DNA from: Octopus vulgaris
Lineage: Eukaryota
DNA: 64,000 nt
Reading direction: 5' to 3'
Assembly: GCA_951406725.2 (NCBI GenBank)
Contig: OX597815.1
Location: forward strand, 192,448,001-192,512,000
A program made the translations under genes and the position numbers. The notes beneath the pieces are model-generated. The model saw only the letters and a list, made by a program, of their open reading frames with translations. It had not been told where the DNA came from and searched no databases. Below, in pieces: positions 1 to 12,658 of this stretch. Position 1 is the first letter of the stretch. The number at the start of each line of letters is the position of its first letter.

Positions 1-419
1 CATTGGCCTAATCATACATCAATTGAACTTAAAAATATGCTATATATTTAGCTTCTTGGTGTAGTATGCTTGATATATAATTTAGATCTTTGATGTGATA
101 TTATATAAGAGCTGTTATCGATGTGTGTCTTAAAAAGTTTGTATATACACCTCGTAATTCTGGGTTCGGTTGCTTGGGCAATTGTTTTCTACTATAATAT
201 CGGTCCATTTTCAATATAAATGTTTATATTTATAAAGATATTAATAAGCATGATAAATATTCCAATGAATAATTTATAGTAATAACAATACGACGTTTTT
301 AAAAACACTATTTTAAAATTTCTTATAACGAAAGCTTTTAACACTAACAATATCTTCGACCTCGCTCTGACTTACGCTCTGCGACAAATTGGACGGCTAT
401 TATTTATAAACATTCTTTG

Positions 420-648
420 CTGACACTCCGTCGGTTACGACGACGAAGGTTCCAGATGAAAATTAACGTGCAAGTGGCTGGGCACTCCACAGATACGCGT
501 ACCTTTAACGTAGTTTTCAAGGAAATTCATCGTGACACAGGATGTGACAAAGGCGCCTCTTTGAAACACAGGTATATCTTATTTTTGCTAGCTGAATGGA
601 CCGGAGTAATGTGAAATAAAGTCTCGTGCTCAAGGACACAATGCACCA
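420..648 (-). mobile_element. SINE fragment (D-type core plus B-type 3' tail), abutting a SINE A copy
   Basis: Minus strand reads TGTGTCCTTGAGCACGAGACTTTATTTCAC...CGTCGTAACCGACGGAGTG, matching the fuller copy at 20341-20666. Confidence 0.8.
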
Positions 649-706
649 TCGGTTGTCAAGCGATGTTGGGGGGACAAACACAGACACACAAACATATACA
701 CACACA

Positions 707-787
<81 letters not shown>

Positions 788-950
788 GACGGGCCTGTTT
801 CATTTTCCGTCTTCTAAATCCACTCACAAGGCTTTGGTCGGCCTGAGGCTATAGTAGAAGACACTTGCCCAAGGTGCCACGCAGTGGGACTGAACCAGGA
901 ACCATGTGGTTTGTAAGCAAGCTATTTACCATACAGCCACTCTTGCACCT
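648..950 (-). mobile_element. SINE family A, tRNA-derived, 3' part missing
   Basis: Head GAGTGGCTGTATGGTAA...GGTTCAGTCCCACTGCGTGGCACCTTGGGCAAGTG with an internal (TA)n(TG)n tract; more than 15 related copies in the window. Confidence 0.85.
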
Positions 951-996
951 TAATAATTCACACACACACACATAACTATAATAACTGTATATAATA

Positions 997-1368
997 TCTC
1001 TCTATATATAAACGGCAGTTTGTCTGTGTGTGTTTCTGTGTGTCTGTTAGGTTGTACCCTCACCCTGACCACGGCTTTCAACCGATTCTGATGAAACTTG
1101 ACACACACATAGCCCAATGTCATAATTCAAAACTAACGCAGCGAAAATTTTGAAAAGTTCCCCCAGTTCTGAAAAAAATCGATAAATTCGACATGGGGTC
1201 GAGAATCAGAAACACAAACCACAGACTGTCTAGGGGACGCACATCGACCTTTTAAACTAAAAAAAAAATTTACCATCATTTTTTTCCCATTTTTTGGCTA
1301 TAACTCTCTAAAAATGCTTTATAGTTATTTCCCTTACAAACCCGAGCAACGCCGGGTGATACTGCTAG
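997..1368 (+). mobile_element. Non-autonomous Helitron
   Basis: Termini A|TC...CTAG|T with no TSD; subterminal hairpin ACCCGAGCAACGCCGGGT; last ~100 bp shared with 54717-55116. Confidence 0.85.
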
Positions 1369-1845
1369 TATATCATAATGATATTTATTCTCTGATTTGA
1401 AGTGACAGTTTTTAAATATAAACAAATGACTGAACGGTTCGTTGAACATGTCAAGGGAAGTGTATTTTGACGTGTTCAACAAACTGTGACACCTAAGCCA
1501 AACCAAATCAACTTAAGTAATTTAGTAAAGCCACACATTGATTAGTCAGAATACAGTTTGCAAAACTTAACATTCTGGAGCTAATGCAAATGTATTTAAG
1601 GCACACATTTTAGCCAGTTCCCTACAGCTGTAAATTGTAAAACATAACTGTCACCACTACTACATTAACCTGAAGATTACATAGCTTAATGCATGAAAGT
1701 ACTAGTTCAATCAGAATGGACTTTTGATATTCTATCATTTCATTATATTATATTGTATTATTATAAGATTGTAAATAAAACGTGAGAATCAGACAAAGCT
1801 GGAATTTCTTTGAGTAATATATTCTTCTATGCATAATCATACACA

Positions 1846-1896
<51 letters not shown>

Positions 1897-1933
1897 GTGT
1901 GTGTGTGTGTGTGTGTATGAGTGTGTGTGTGTA

Positions 1934-2163
1934 TTTTTTTTTTTTTTTTTTTTTTTTTGTACTTGTTTCAGTCATTTGACTGCGGCCATGCTGGAGCACC
2001 GCCTTTTGAGTACAGCAGGGATCACCACCTCCTGCCGGAGCCTCGTGGAGCTTTTTAGGTGTTTTCGCTCAATAAACACACACAACGCCCGGTCTGGGAA
2101 TCGAAACCGCGATCCTCCGACCGCAAGTCCGCTGCCCTAACCACTGGGCCATTGCGCCTCCAC
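1934..2163 (-). mobile_element. Chimeric SINE: family B head plus family A tail plus poly(A)
   Basis: GTGGAGGCGCAATGGCCCAGTGG...CCCTGCTGTACTC is joined to AAAAGGCGGTGCTCCAGCATGGCCGCAGTCAAATGACTGAAACAAGTA and then an A-tract. Confidence 0.75.
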
Positions 2164-2189
2164 TGTATAAGTACGTATATGTATATATA

Positions 2190-2692
2190 GACTACTGCTC
2201 CCAACTATATCCACCATACAGTATAGAATTAACGGTGGGACTCGAAACAATCCAGCGAAACTACTCAAAGATTATCGTCTCAAAGCAATATGTTAGCTAC
2301 AGGGAAAAGCTGCAAAAGTTAAGAAAGTTACGCAAACAGCAGAACGGGGTTCCACTGGATAATGCCTAAGATCCCAGCCTCGCCATCAGGATACATGACA
2401 ATATACCGCAATAGCTTGGGTTTCAAAAGCCCACAGCTCTTCAGTATTCTTCCAAAAAGTCTGACAAACCCGAATGGTGGGGATGTTGGTGTCTTCAAAA
2501 CAAAAAACTGAATCTCCTCCACTCAAGGATACCGAATGAGCCTACAGGAAACATAGATGAGTGCAGCAACATCAAACCCCATCATTCATCAAATGCCACA
2601 TATCAAGAGGTTTCAAATAGCGAAGGTGCTGCAAACCCCCCAGTGGTGCCTCAGCAGGGACGCAACCCTCGAACTGAAACTAGTTAAAGAGC
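2190..2692 (+). mobile_element. Decayed 3' end of a CR1/L2-group LINE (ORF2 C-terminus and tail)
   Basis: Translates as DYCSQLYPPYSIELTVGLETIQRNYSK ... SYREKLQKL ... NSLGFKSPQLFSILPKSL ... VFKTK ... IPNEP, typical of the post-RT region of CR1-group ORF2; interrupted by stops and frameshifts. Confidence 0.75.
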
Positions 2693-2822
2693 CAACGAGT
2701 CAATCTTCACTTTGTTGGAGTCAATAAATTACCTGATGCAAAGTTTTCCCCGACATCTTCAACTGTAAACATTCAAAGAATCAACCTTCATTTCTTTTTT
2801 GGAGTCTCTCTCTCTCTCTCTC

Positions 2823-2865
<43 letters not shown>

Positions 2866-3759
2866 ATGACTATTGAAAAGGTTGCAAGACGCAACGAAAA
2901 TTTTAGGAAAATAAAAATACGAAATAAGTGGAAATTTTACCGGTGAGTGTGTTACATTATAAGGCACAAAAAGAAAATGACTCTCCCCAGACACAACAGA
3001 ATATGCTTCAATACACGAACTCATATAAAGAATCTTGTAAACTAAATCCAAAAACGAAATATATATTGAAAATTAAAGAGAAAGGGAGTGACTTAAATTC
3101 GCATTTAGAATTTTTATATCTAACCTCTAGACCGTCAAACTAACTGAACAGTGCTCCCATCTTCAATGTTCTGAGATCAAATTCCGGTAAGAGTAGGCTT
3201 TACTTTTCGTACTTCGAAGTTTATTAAAAAAACACCAGTTGTTGTGGTTGTGTAGCTCACCGTTAGCTAGTTTTCAACGATCGTATGTCAAAGGCGTACG
3301 ATTAAAGATTATAGACATTTAAGTCAGATTTGGTTGCTATTTTCAGCAGTCCGAGCGACCATTTGAAGATGCCATCGTTTGCTCGCATTTCAACAACTGT
3401 GGTTAATTTAATCTACTGTTCTCTAACTTCAAATTTATACCATTGTGCCTATCTTGAGTTAGTGCAGAACGAGCAAGCAATGCCTTGGATTATCTTAGCA
3501 GAACTAGAAACAAATTAGAAAAATGAGCAGTTGTTTTCAGGCCATATAAGATTTTGGTATTGGAAATGACGGGGAAAGTCTTGCATCAGATAATTTATCG
3601 ACTCTCCCCCCCCCCAAAAAAAAAAATGAAAGACAAAGTCAATCTCAGCGGAATTTGAACTCAGAACGTAAGGAATCGGAAAAAAAAGTACTATTAAGAA
3701 TTTTTGTCTGATACGCTAACAATTTTTTCAGCTTCCCACCATAAATATATCTTTCTAAG

Positions 3760-4210
3760 TTTGGCTCAAGAACAGAAATTTTGATAGGAGTGTTAAGTCG
3801 ATTACGTCGACACCAATACTTAACTGGTACTTAATTTATCGACATCAAAGGATGAAAGGCAAAGTCGACCCCGGAGGAATTCGAACTCAGAACGTAACGG
3901 CAGACGAAATACGGCTGGGCAAAATGCGAAGCCGTATTTCGTCTGCCGTTACGTTCTGAGTTCAAATTCCGCCGAGGTCTACTTTGCCTTTCATCCTTTC
4001 GGGGTCGATAAACTAAGTACCAGTTACGCACTGGGGTCGATGTAATCGACTTAATCCGTTTGTCTGTCCTCGTTTGTCCCCTCTGAGTTTAGCCCCTTGG
4101 GGGTAGTAAAGAAATAGGTACTTATTTTATCGACTCTGAAAGATAAGAGGCAAAGTTGACATCGGCAGGATTTGAACTCAGAACATAAACAGCCAAAACA
4201 AATATGGAAA
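3760..4210. mobile_element. Nested and inverted cluster of SINE family C copies
   Basis: Minus copy ~3760-3916, plus copy ~3917-4116 and minus remnant 4117-4210, all carrying the GTCGACTTTGCCTTTCATCCTTTCGGGGTCGAT-type core. Confidence 0.85.
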
Positions 4211-4794
4211 TATGTGGACAATCCCAGGCTGGTGATAAAAAAATTTTTGACCAGGAGGTTGAGCAGGATTTTGTCATGTGACAGTTCTTTCGTCACGCCA
4301 CTAATATATTGTAACTCAGAACGCAAACTCTTCTGATCGTATGTAACAAGGCTGCAGTGTGTTAAGGGATGGTAGCGAAGTGTTTGAAAGCTTCCACCAT
4401 TAAATTGTAAACTCATAGATCCACTGTCCTGGTTTTATTATTCCGTGATGAAATTTGCCATTTGATTGGTTGGGCAGTTGTTGCAAGATCCGGACGATCT
4501 GCTGTAGAGATTGTATGTGATAGCCTCAATCCTGTTAGGAACTGTGCCGAGTATCTCTTAGCAAATAGTAATATAAGTAGTTTCTCTCTAATATGATAAG
4601 TAATTTCTCCTTCATAATTTATTCCCATATAACACTGATATATAATGCCGGTAGGATATGCTTTACTTGAGCCTTTTGAGAGCTTACACGTGCAGTGAAA
4701 CATTAGGAAGTATCTGAAGGGTTTTGCTAGAGATATCAAAGTATAACGGAAGAGGTATTTCTGTTGATCGAACAATTGCAAAAGTCATTGTCGA

Positions 4795-5020
4795 GCCAGC
4801 TGGAAGGAACGTTAAAGCATCGTTAGAATACTTTTCTGTATTTGTTTCGGCTGTTTATGTCGAGTTCAAATCCTGCCGAGGTCAAATTTTCCTTACATCC
4901 TTTCAGAGGTGATAGAATAAGTACCAGTTACGCACTGGGGTCGATGTAATCGACTTAGCCCCTTTGTTTGTCCTTGATTGCCCCTTCTATGTTTAGCTCC
5001 CTGTGGGCATTAAAGAAATA
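4795..5020 (+). mobile_element. SINE family C (type-2 tail), diverged
   Basis: GAGTTCAAATCCTGCCGAGGTC...AAGTACCAGTTACGCACTGGGGTCGATG...TAAAGAAATA. Confidence 0.8.
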
Positions 5021-5059
5021 AGAATAAGTACCCGTGAAGAACTAGCGTCGATATAGTCG

Positions 5060-5180
5060 CTTTGCCTTGTCTTTTATGGTTATATCTGCTTTATTATTTT
5101 ATGTCTTCTTATCTGTTGAAATTAGAAAATGCCATAAAATCTTGCATTTCTCTGTCTTAGATACGCTGTCAACTCGATAA
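5060..5180 (-). mobile_element. Fragment of an RLE-type LINE (R4/Dong/NeSL-like) endonuclease region
   Basis: Translates as KTEKCKILWHFLISTDKKT*NNKADITIKDK, resembling the KILWDFxIQTDxxIxHNxPDI motif. Confidence 0.6.
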
Positions 5181-5197
5181 TTATAAATTTTTTTAAT

Positions 5198-5412
5198 GAG
5201 TGAGAGAGCAGTGCACGCCATCAGAGTGACACTGGGGAACAAATATACAAAGCCCAGTATACCCATCATGACTACCCGTCTGATAAGGGTACACCAGGCA
5301 CATGCATCACAATCACATGTGCGCGACATGGTGATCTCATATAAGAGAAACAGCGCATGACCTTGCAGGTGGGACCCGTTAGAATTTTCTTCAGGTCAAG
5401 TAGCCCATCCTC
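5198..5412 (-). mobile_element. Repeat family E, partial
   Basis: Aligns by eye to 11191-11405. Confidence 0.75.
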
Positions 5413-5694
5413 GATTGTGAGAGCATTTGAGTTTATTTCCGATATTGTCATTATAAAAATCATCTTTGGTTGATCGTTGAGAGAACGTTGCGGAGGTTTG
5501 CGCGCCTGAGTGCTCTTGTTATTGAATATTATTAGGAATTGTATGAAAATAATTGTGAAAATATTTCGTGTATCGTAGAAGTATAACCTGTTCATTGCAG
5601 ATAAATTTTAACAACAAAATCGTATGTGGACCCTTAAAGGTTATGTGGACCCTGATTGAAAACCGCTGGTTTGAATGACTACGATGAGAGAGAG

Positions 5695-6050
5695 ATCATC
5701 ATCGTTTAACGTCCGCTTCCCATGCCAGCATGGGTTGGACAGTTCGACCGGGGTCTGGGAAGCCAGGAGGCTGCACCAGGCTCCAGTCTGATCTGGCAGT
5801 GTTTCGACAACTGGATGCCCTTCTTAACGCCAACCACTCCGTGAGTGTAGTGGGTTCTTTTTACGTGCCACCGGCACAGGTGCCAGGGGAGGCTAGAAAC
5901 GGCGACGATCGGTTGGTGCTTTTTGCGTGCCACCGGCACAGAAGCCAGTCAAGGCGGCGTTGGCATCGGCCACGTTCGGATGGTGTTTTTTCCGTGCCAC
6001 CGACACAGGTATCACAACTACAATTTCCATTTGATTTTTTGATGCTGATG
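5695..6050 (-). mobile_element. Family F retroposon with an RTE-like 3' end
   Basis: Minus strand GGCGTTAAGAAGGGCATCCAG...GGACGTTAAACGATGATGA; second copy at 43658-44010. Confidence 0.7.
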
Positions 6051-6688
6051 TACTGTGGTAGGTAAAACGGGATCATGTTATTAAGTTGTCTGTTGGCCCC
6101 AAATCTGCTCTGATCTAGCGGCCAGTGTTATTTTTCAGACAGTTTATCAAGGAATACATTATCCAGTTTGTATCTTTTTTAACAGTAGGGTGTGATGTCT
6201 AACCGTTCGAGTAACCATGTTTAGGTATTCTCATTGCTTCGTCGAATACCAGGTATACACTGGGGGCTAATTCAAGTGTCATTGTCACATTACTTGACAT
6301 GCAAAAGCTGGTCTCGTGGTCTAATGAAATTATTGAATGCAATTACTGATTCGGGTAGGCGTGCATGCGTGCGTGCGCATATATATGTACGTATGTGTGT
6401 GTGTGTGTGTGTGTGTGTAAGTGTGTGTGTGTGTGTGTGTGTTTGTGTGTGTGCGCGCGTGATTGAGGTTGAATGTGTTACTTATTTGTCTTTTTTAGCA
6501 GTGTTTGTTTTCTTTATTTCTTCAAAATTTTGTCATATATATATATATTCTTCATTTCAATAAGAATATAACATATTCCATTTGCTTTCTCTCTGCGTCA
6601 CGATTGCTTTTCGCTGTTAATTGAAACAACAAAACACTTGAGTGGAAAAGATAAAAGAAAAAGCCAAGCAAACACGTAAGACTCCAAG

Positions 6689-7012
<324 letters not shown>

Positions 7013-7219
7013 AGAGAGAGAGAGAGGGGGAGGATAGATTGAATGTGAAATAGAAGGGAAGTGGGAGAAGTGTGGAAAGAGATAGGAGGAGGAGTATCGT
7101 GTGCAGTGTGGAAAAATGTGTTGTATAAAATGTGATTGAGATTCAAATGAAGCCGGAAGGAGGGAAAATTTGAAGGGAAATTACTAGGAGCGTTAAAAAT
7201 GGATTGAATGCAATGCACT

Positions 7220-7471
7220 CACACACACACACACACACACACACACGCTCAGACATTTATAAATGTATAACCATATGAAAACATACATGCATGAGTGTAT
7301 ATAAAGATATGCATGTATATACGAACACACATATATCCACACAGACACACGCAAACACATTTATACAGATATAATTTACATGATATTTACATATACTCAT
7401 ATATATTTGCATATACGTATGTACATTCATACATACATGCATCTCTCTCCCTCTCTCTCATATATATATAT

Positions 7472-7508
<37 letters not shown>

Positions 7509-7767
7509 GATAGATAGATAGACCTATATATACATATATTTATAGATAGATAGATAGATAGATAGAAAGATAGAAAGAGATATAGAGATATAGACAGAGA
7601 GATAAATAGATACAAAGATAGATAGATATGGATATATATATATACACACATATATACACACTATATTATATATATATGTAAATAGATAGATATGAATATA
7701 TATATATATCTATATACACACATATATACACACTATTATATATATATATGTAAATAGATAGATATGA

Positions 7768-7798
<31 letters not shown>

Positions 7799-8380
7799 TA
7801 CACACTATTATATATATATATGTAAATAGATAGATATGAATATATATATATCTATATACACACATATATATATCTATATACACACATATATACACACTAT
7901 TATATATATATATGTAAATAGATAGATATGAATATATATAGATAGATAGATATAAATATATATATAGAGAGAGAGAGATAGATAGATATGAATATATATA
8001 TATATAGACAGATAGATAGATTGATATGAATAAATATATATATATATATATATATATAAATATATACACACACACAAACACAGAGGCACAGAGAATCGTG
8101 GCGGAGGTGGGGGGAGGGAAGAAAACAAAAGAAGCCAGTATAATGGCACGACTGACAGAGAAAAAGAAGGATAGATAATAAAGAAATGTTTATGTGTGAC
8201 TAATACCCACTTACATGATGTACACATAATGGATAGCCACACACGTTTGTACAGACGCAACGAACGAAAATGCGTCCGTGAAAATGTAAACGCAAAATGA
8301 AAGCGACTGAAATAGATAGATGGGTGGTTGGACAGATATATGTACACATATGCGTGCGTGAGTGTGTATCTATACACTCG

Positions 8381-8416
<36 letters not shown>

Positions 8417-8623
8417 TATAGATAGATAGAGAGAGAGAGAGTGAGAGAGATGTAGTTACATTTGTGTGTGTGTATACATATATATATATATATGTATGTA
8501 TATATATATATATATATATATCTGTGAATTGGTGTTTGTGTGTGTATATACACGTATGTATGTGTTTATACATACACATGTGTTTGGTGTCTGTGTTTGT
8601 ATATACATATGTATGTTTGCGTG

Positions 8624-8680
<57 letters not shown>

Positions 8681-8718
8681 ATATATAAACACAGTGTTTG
8701 CGTATGTACACCGACGTG

Positions 8719-8752
<34 letters not shown>

Positions 8753-9482
8753 CACACTTCAGAATACATACACACACAGTATATACACTTTGTTGTCCTT
8801 TATGTTTCATGTCACTTTCGTTCTCCCTATATATACGTGTATATATATATATATATATATATATATCTATGCAGAGAGGGAGAGAGAGAGAGACATAGAA
8901 AGACAGACAGACAAACAGTGAGAGAGAGGGAGAGAGGGGGGAGCGTGGGGGAGAGAGAGTCAGAGATTGATAGTAAGCTCTTTAGATAAACCGGTGAGAG
9001 AGGAAGAGTGTGTTCGAGGGCAAGTGAGAGACAATGAGGGAGAATTAGAGGGAGAGAGAGAGAGATAGTGTGGGTGTGTATGTGTGGAACATTAGTGATT
9101 TTCATTTGTGTTCTTCTGTTTGTTTTTATAATGATTTCTTCATCTTTAATTCAGTGAGACAGAATAAAATGTTAAGTGGTGACATAAAATTCGGAAGAAG
9201 AAAAATGAAGGTAAAAAATAAATAAATAAATAAATAAATAAACATGAAACTAAATGAACTAAATGAGAGTGAGAGGGAGAGGGAGAGAGTGGGTGGGAGG
9301 AAGAGGAAGGGAGAGGGAGGAAGAGAGGGAGAAAGAGAGACATGAAAACAAAGGACAACAAAGGTGTATATAGTGTGTGTGTATATATACCGAAGTGTGT
9401 TCTATATATATATAAATATATATATATAGTACATTTCGGTATACATATACACACACACATGCGTACATATATATATATACAA

Positions 9483-9517
<35 letters not shown>

Positions 9518-10165
9518 CATACACAAACACATACATATATACATATTTACAGACATATGTATACACATATATACAGACATATATGTATATACATACATAC
9601 AGACATATATGTATATACATACATACAGACATATATGTATATACATACAGACATTTGTATATGCATACATACAGACATATGTATATACATACATACAGAC
9701 ATATGTGTATACATACATACACATATATACATATATATGTGTATATATGAGTACATACACATATACATATACATATATATACATACATATATACACACAT
9801 ATACATATTTATAAGTATATACATATATGCATATATATGCACATTTATACACATATATACACATTTATACACATATATACATATATATACATTTATGCAC
9901 ATATATACATATATGTATACTTTTATGCACATATATACTTCTATATATACCTACATGCACACACACACACACACATTTATATATATATATATATATATGT
10001 ATATACCTATATGTGTATATATGTATATTCCTATATATGTATATTCCTATATACACATATGCATATATACGTATATACATATATATACACATTGTGCGTA
10101 TATGTATAGTTATGTATATATGTATATACACACAAATATGTATATGTGTGCGTGTGTGTACGTGA
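7220..10165. repeat. Compound TA/CA/GATA low-complexity domain, including a ~65-bp minisatellite at ~7640-7935
   Basis: Visible simple repeats; unit TATACACACATATATACACACTATTATATATATATGTAAATAGATAGATATGAATATATA occurs about 4 times. Confidence 0.9.
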
Positions 10166-10375
10166 GTATGCAGTGGACGGCGATGGGGAAAAGAGGAAAC
10201 GGTAATATAAAAGGAAAGATTGCGAAAATGTGACATAGTTTGAAACTAAAGAAATAGATTGGTCGAGAATAAACACGAGGAAATTATTGATGAGAAGGAA
10301 GCACAAGCACACACACACTCAGTGAGGAGCTTGTGATAACAAAAACATTACCAAAATACCTATGACAATGAAGAC

Positions 10376-10426
<51 letters not shown>

Positions 10427-10448
10427 CAGCAGTAGTAGAGGTGGTGGT

Positions 10449-10785
10449 GTGGAGGCGCAATGGCCCAGTGGTTAGGGCAGCGGACTCGCGGTTTCGATTC
10501 TCAGACCGGGCGTTGTGAGTGTTTATTGAGCGAAAACACCTAAAAAGCTCCACGAGGCTCCGGCAGGGGATGGTGGTGATCCCTGCAGTACTCTTTCACC
10601 ACAACTTTCTCTCACTCTTACTTCCTGTTTCTGTTGTACCTGTATTTCAAGGAGCCGGCCTTGTCACTCTCTGTGTCACGCTGTGGAGTGCTCAGCCACT
10701 TACACGTTAATTTTACGAGCAGGCTGTTCCGTTGATTCGGATCAACCGGAACCCTCATCGTCGTAACCGACGGAGTGCTTCCACC
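10449..10785 (+). mobile_element. SINE family B with a short internal deletion
   Basis: Pol III A/B-box head TGGCCCAGTGG...GGTTTCGATTC; 12-bp TSD AGAGGTGGTGGT at 10437-10448 and 10786-10797. Confidence 0.9.
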
Positions 10786-10856
10786 AGAGGTGGTGGTGGT
10801 TGTAATAGCAGTGGCGGCGATAGTGGTGGAGTTATCATTATTATTATTATTATTAT

Positions 10857-10958
<102 letters not shown>

Positions 10959-10959
10959 G

Positions 10960-11165
10960 GGGCGGTGAGCTGGCAGAAACGTTAGCACGCCGGGCAAAAT
11001 GCTTTGCGGTATTTCGTCCCTCTTCACGCTCTGAGTTCAAGTTCCGCCGAGGTCGACTTTGCTTTTCATCCTTTGGGGAACGATAAACTAAGTACCAGTT
11101 ACACACTGGGGTCGTCTTAATCCTTTCTCGCAAATTTCAGGCCATGTGCTTCCAGTAGAAAGGAA
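10960..11165 (+). mobile_element. SINE family C (type-1 tail), following an (AGT)n tract
   Basis: GGCGGTGAGCTGGCAGAAACGTTAGCACGCC...AAATTTCAGGCCATGTGC. Confidence 0.85.
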
Positions 11166-11190
11166 TATTATTATTATCATTATTATTATT

Positions 11191-11662
11191 GAGTGAGAGA
11201 GAAGTGCATGCCATCAAATTGACACTGGGGTACAAATATACGAAGCCCAGTATACCCATCATGACTAGCCGTCTGATAAGAATACTCCAGGCACATGCAT
11301 CACAACCATATGTGCGCGACATGGTGATCTCATATCAAGATAAACAGCGCATGAATTTGCAGGTGGGGGCCCAGTTAGAATTTTCTTCTGTCGGGTAACC
11401 CATCCCGCTCAAAAGGTCCCTGAATAAGGGTTGTTTAAGGATATTGAAGGAAACACCTATGTTTCCAAAGGTGAAATTATCCAAACCCCAAAGAATCCCT
11501 CTCGACACATGGCTATGATGCTTCCCCACGACCTCTGCTCTTGATCAGAGATGCACATATCACCAGCCATTAAGGGACATGGTCAACTGGTTAAGGTCAA
11601 ACAACTGACAAGCAAATCTGCGGTATTGAGCAGAATATTTGCTGTAGTACATCTTTTATACC
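11191..11662 (-). mobile_element. Repeat family E, probably a retroposon 3' end sitting in (TAA)n
   Basis: Two copies in the window; this one has (ATT)n on both sides. Class is inferred. Confidence 0.65.
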
Positions 11663-12331
11663 ATTATTATTATTATTATTATTATTATTTTATCACTATG
11701 TGTTTAGCGTGCAGATCTCTCCCTTGTGATATTTTCTCTCAAACATATTATCCTAAATTTAATGATTTTTGTTTCAGGTATCAGTGGTTCCAATAGTTCA
11801 GAAAAGAATGAAAATAGTGAGAAATGAAATGTACCACAAAATACTACCAATACACCAATTCCACTGGTGCGTTACTCAATCAAAGAACTGCAATACATAC
11901 AAAGTCCTCTAATATACCTTGAACTCACATGAGTAAAAAAGAAAAGAGACACAGACAGATTAAAGGAAATTGTTCTTTGCATTTAAAAACTATGGAAATA
12001 TTAAAAAAAAAGCATTTCATTTAATTTTTTCCACAATTTAATTGTTTTTCTTGCTTTACTCTAAGTTGAAAAAGTCGCAAAGCCTAAAACCGGTACTAAA
12101 ATATTTTTCAGGATAAAATTATTTTAGCATTTTCTACCTTGTCTTATTTTCCTTTTACATATCAACTCGTATATTCCTTTTCAACATTCTCTCTCTAAAA
12201 AGAATAAATGGTATTATTGAAATGCCATTACGTGTAGCAAGCGAGTTATCATCCGTACAGGCAAATTAATAAAATATATACATACAATACAAGATATATA
12301 TATATATATATATATATCTTCTTTGCATTAA

Positions 12332-12377
<46 letters not shown>

Positions 12378-12379
<2 letters not shown>

Positions 12380-12577
12380 TTAATCCAAACATGAAAGCAC
12401 AAAAAAAAACACAACAACGCGAGGACGTGGAACAAATATAGTATTATTGGACGCTCAGGAAAGAAGGAGGGTTCAACGTTTCGAGCAGAGCTCTTCGTCG
12501 GAAACATAGGAGAAGGAAAGATCCAGAGAAGGGAAGACAGAGGGAAAAAAATCGCCAACGTTACACACGCGGTCACA
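12378..12577 (-). mobile_element. Penelope-type terminal repeat (family G) with a hammerhead-like motif at 12471-12505
   Basis: GTTT-CCGACGA-A-GAGC-TCT-GCTC-GAAA-CGTT-GAAC; ends in (TA)n; homologous to 18650-18840 and 62394-62530. Confidence 0.65.
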
Positions 12578-12658
12578 TTTTATATATATATATATACCGG
12601 CGAGCTGGCAGAAACGTTAGGGTGAAATGCTTAACTGTATTTCGCCTGTCTTTACTCT

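Noticed and set aside
1088-1100. CTGATGAAAC as a hammerhead core
   Set aside because: No stem II or separate GAAA; it is the AACCGATT..ATGAAACTTG motif common in Helitron bodies.
2863-3055. CUGGGGA with a downstream GUA-ACACA as a hammerhead on the minus strand
   Set aside because: The core is mutated and no GAAA strand is present; kept only as a possible Penelope-type tail.
4210-4790. Two adjacent ~120-aa minus-strand ORFs
   Set aside because: No recognisable motif or convincing splice sites, and one runs into SINE sequence.
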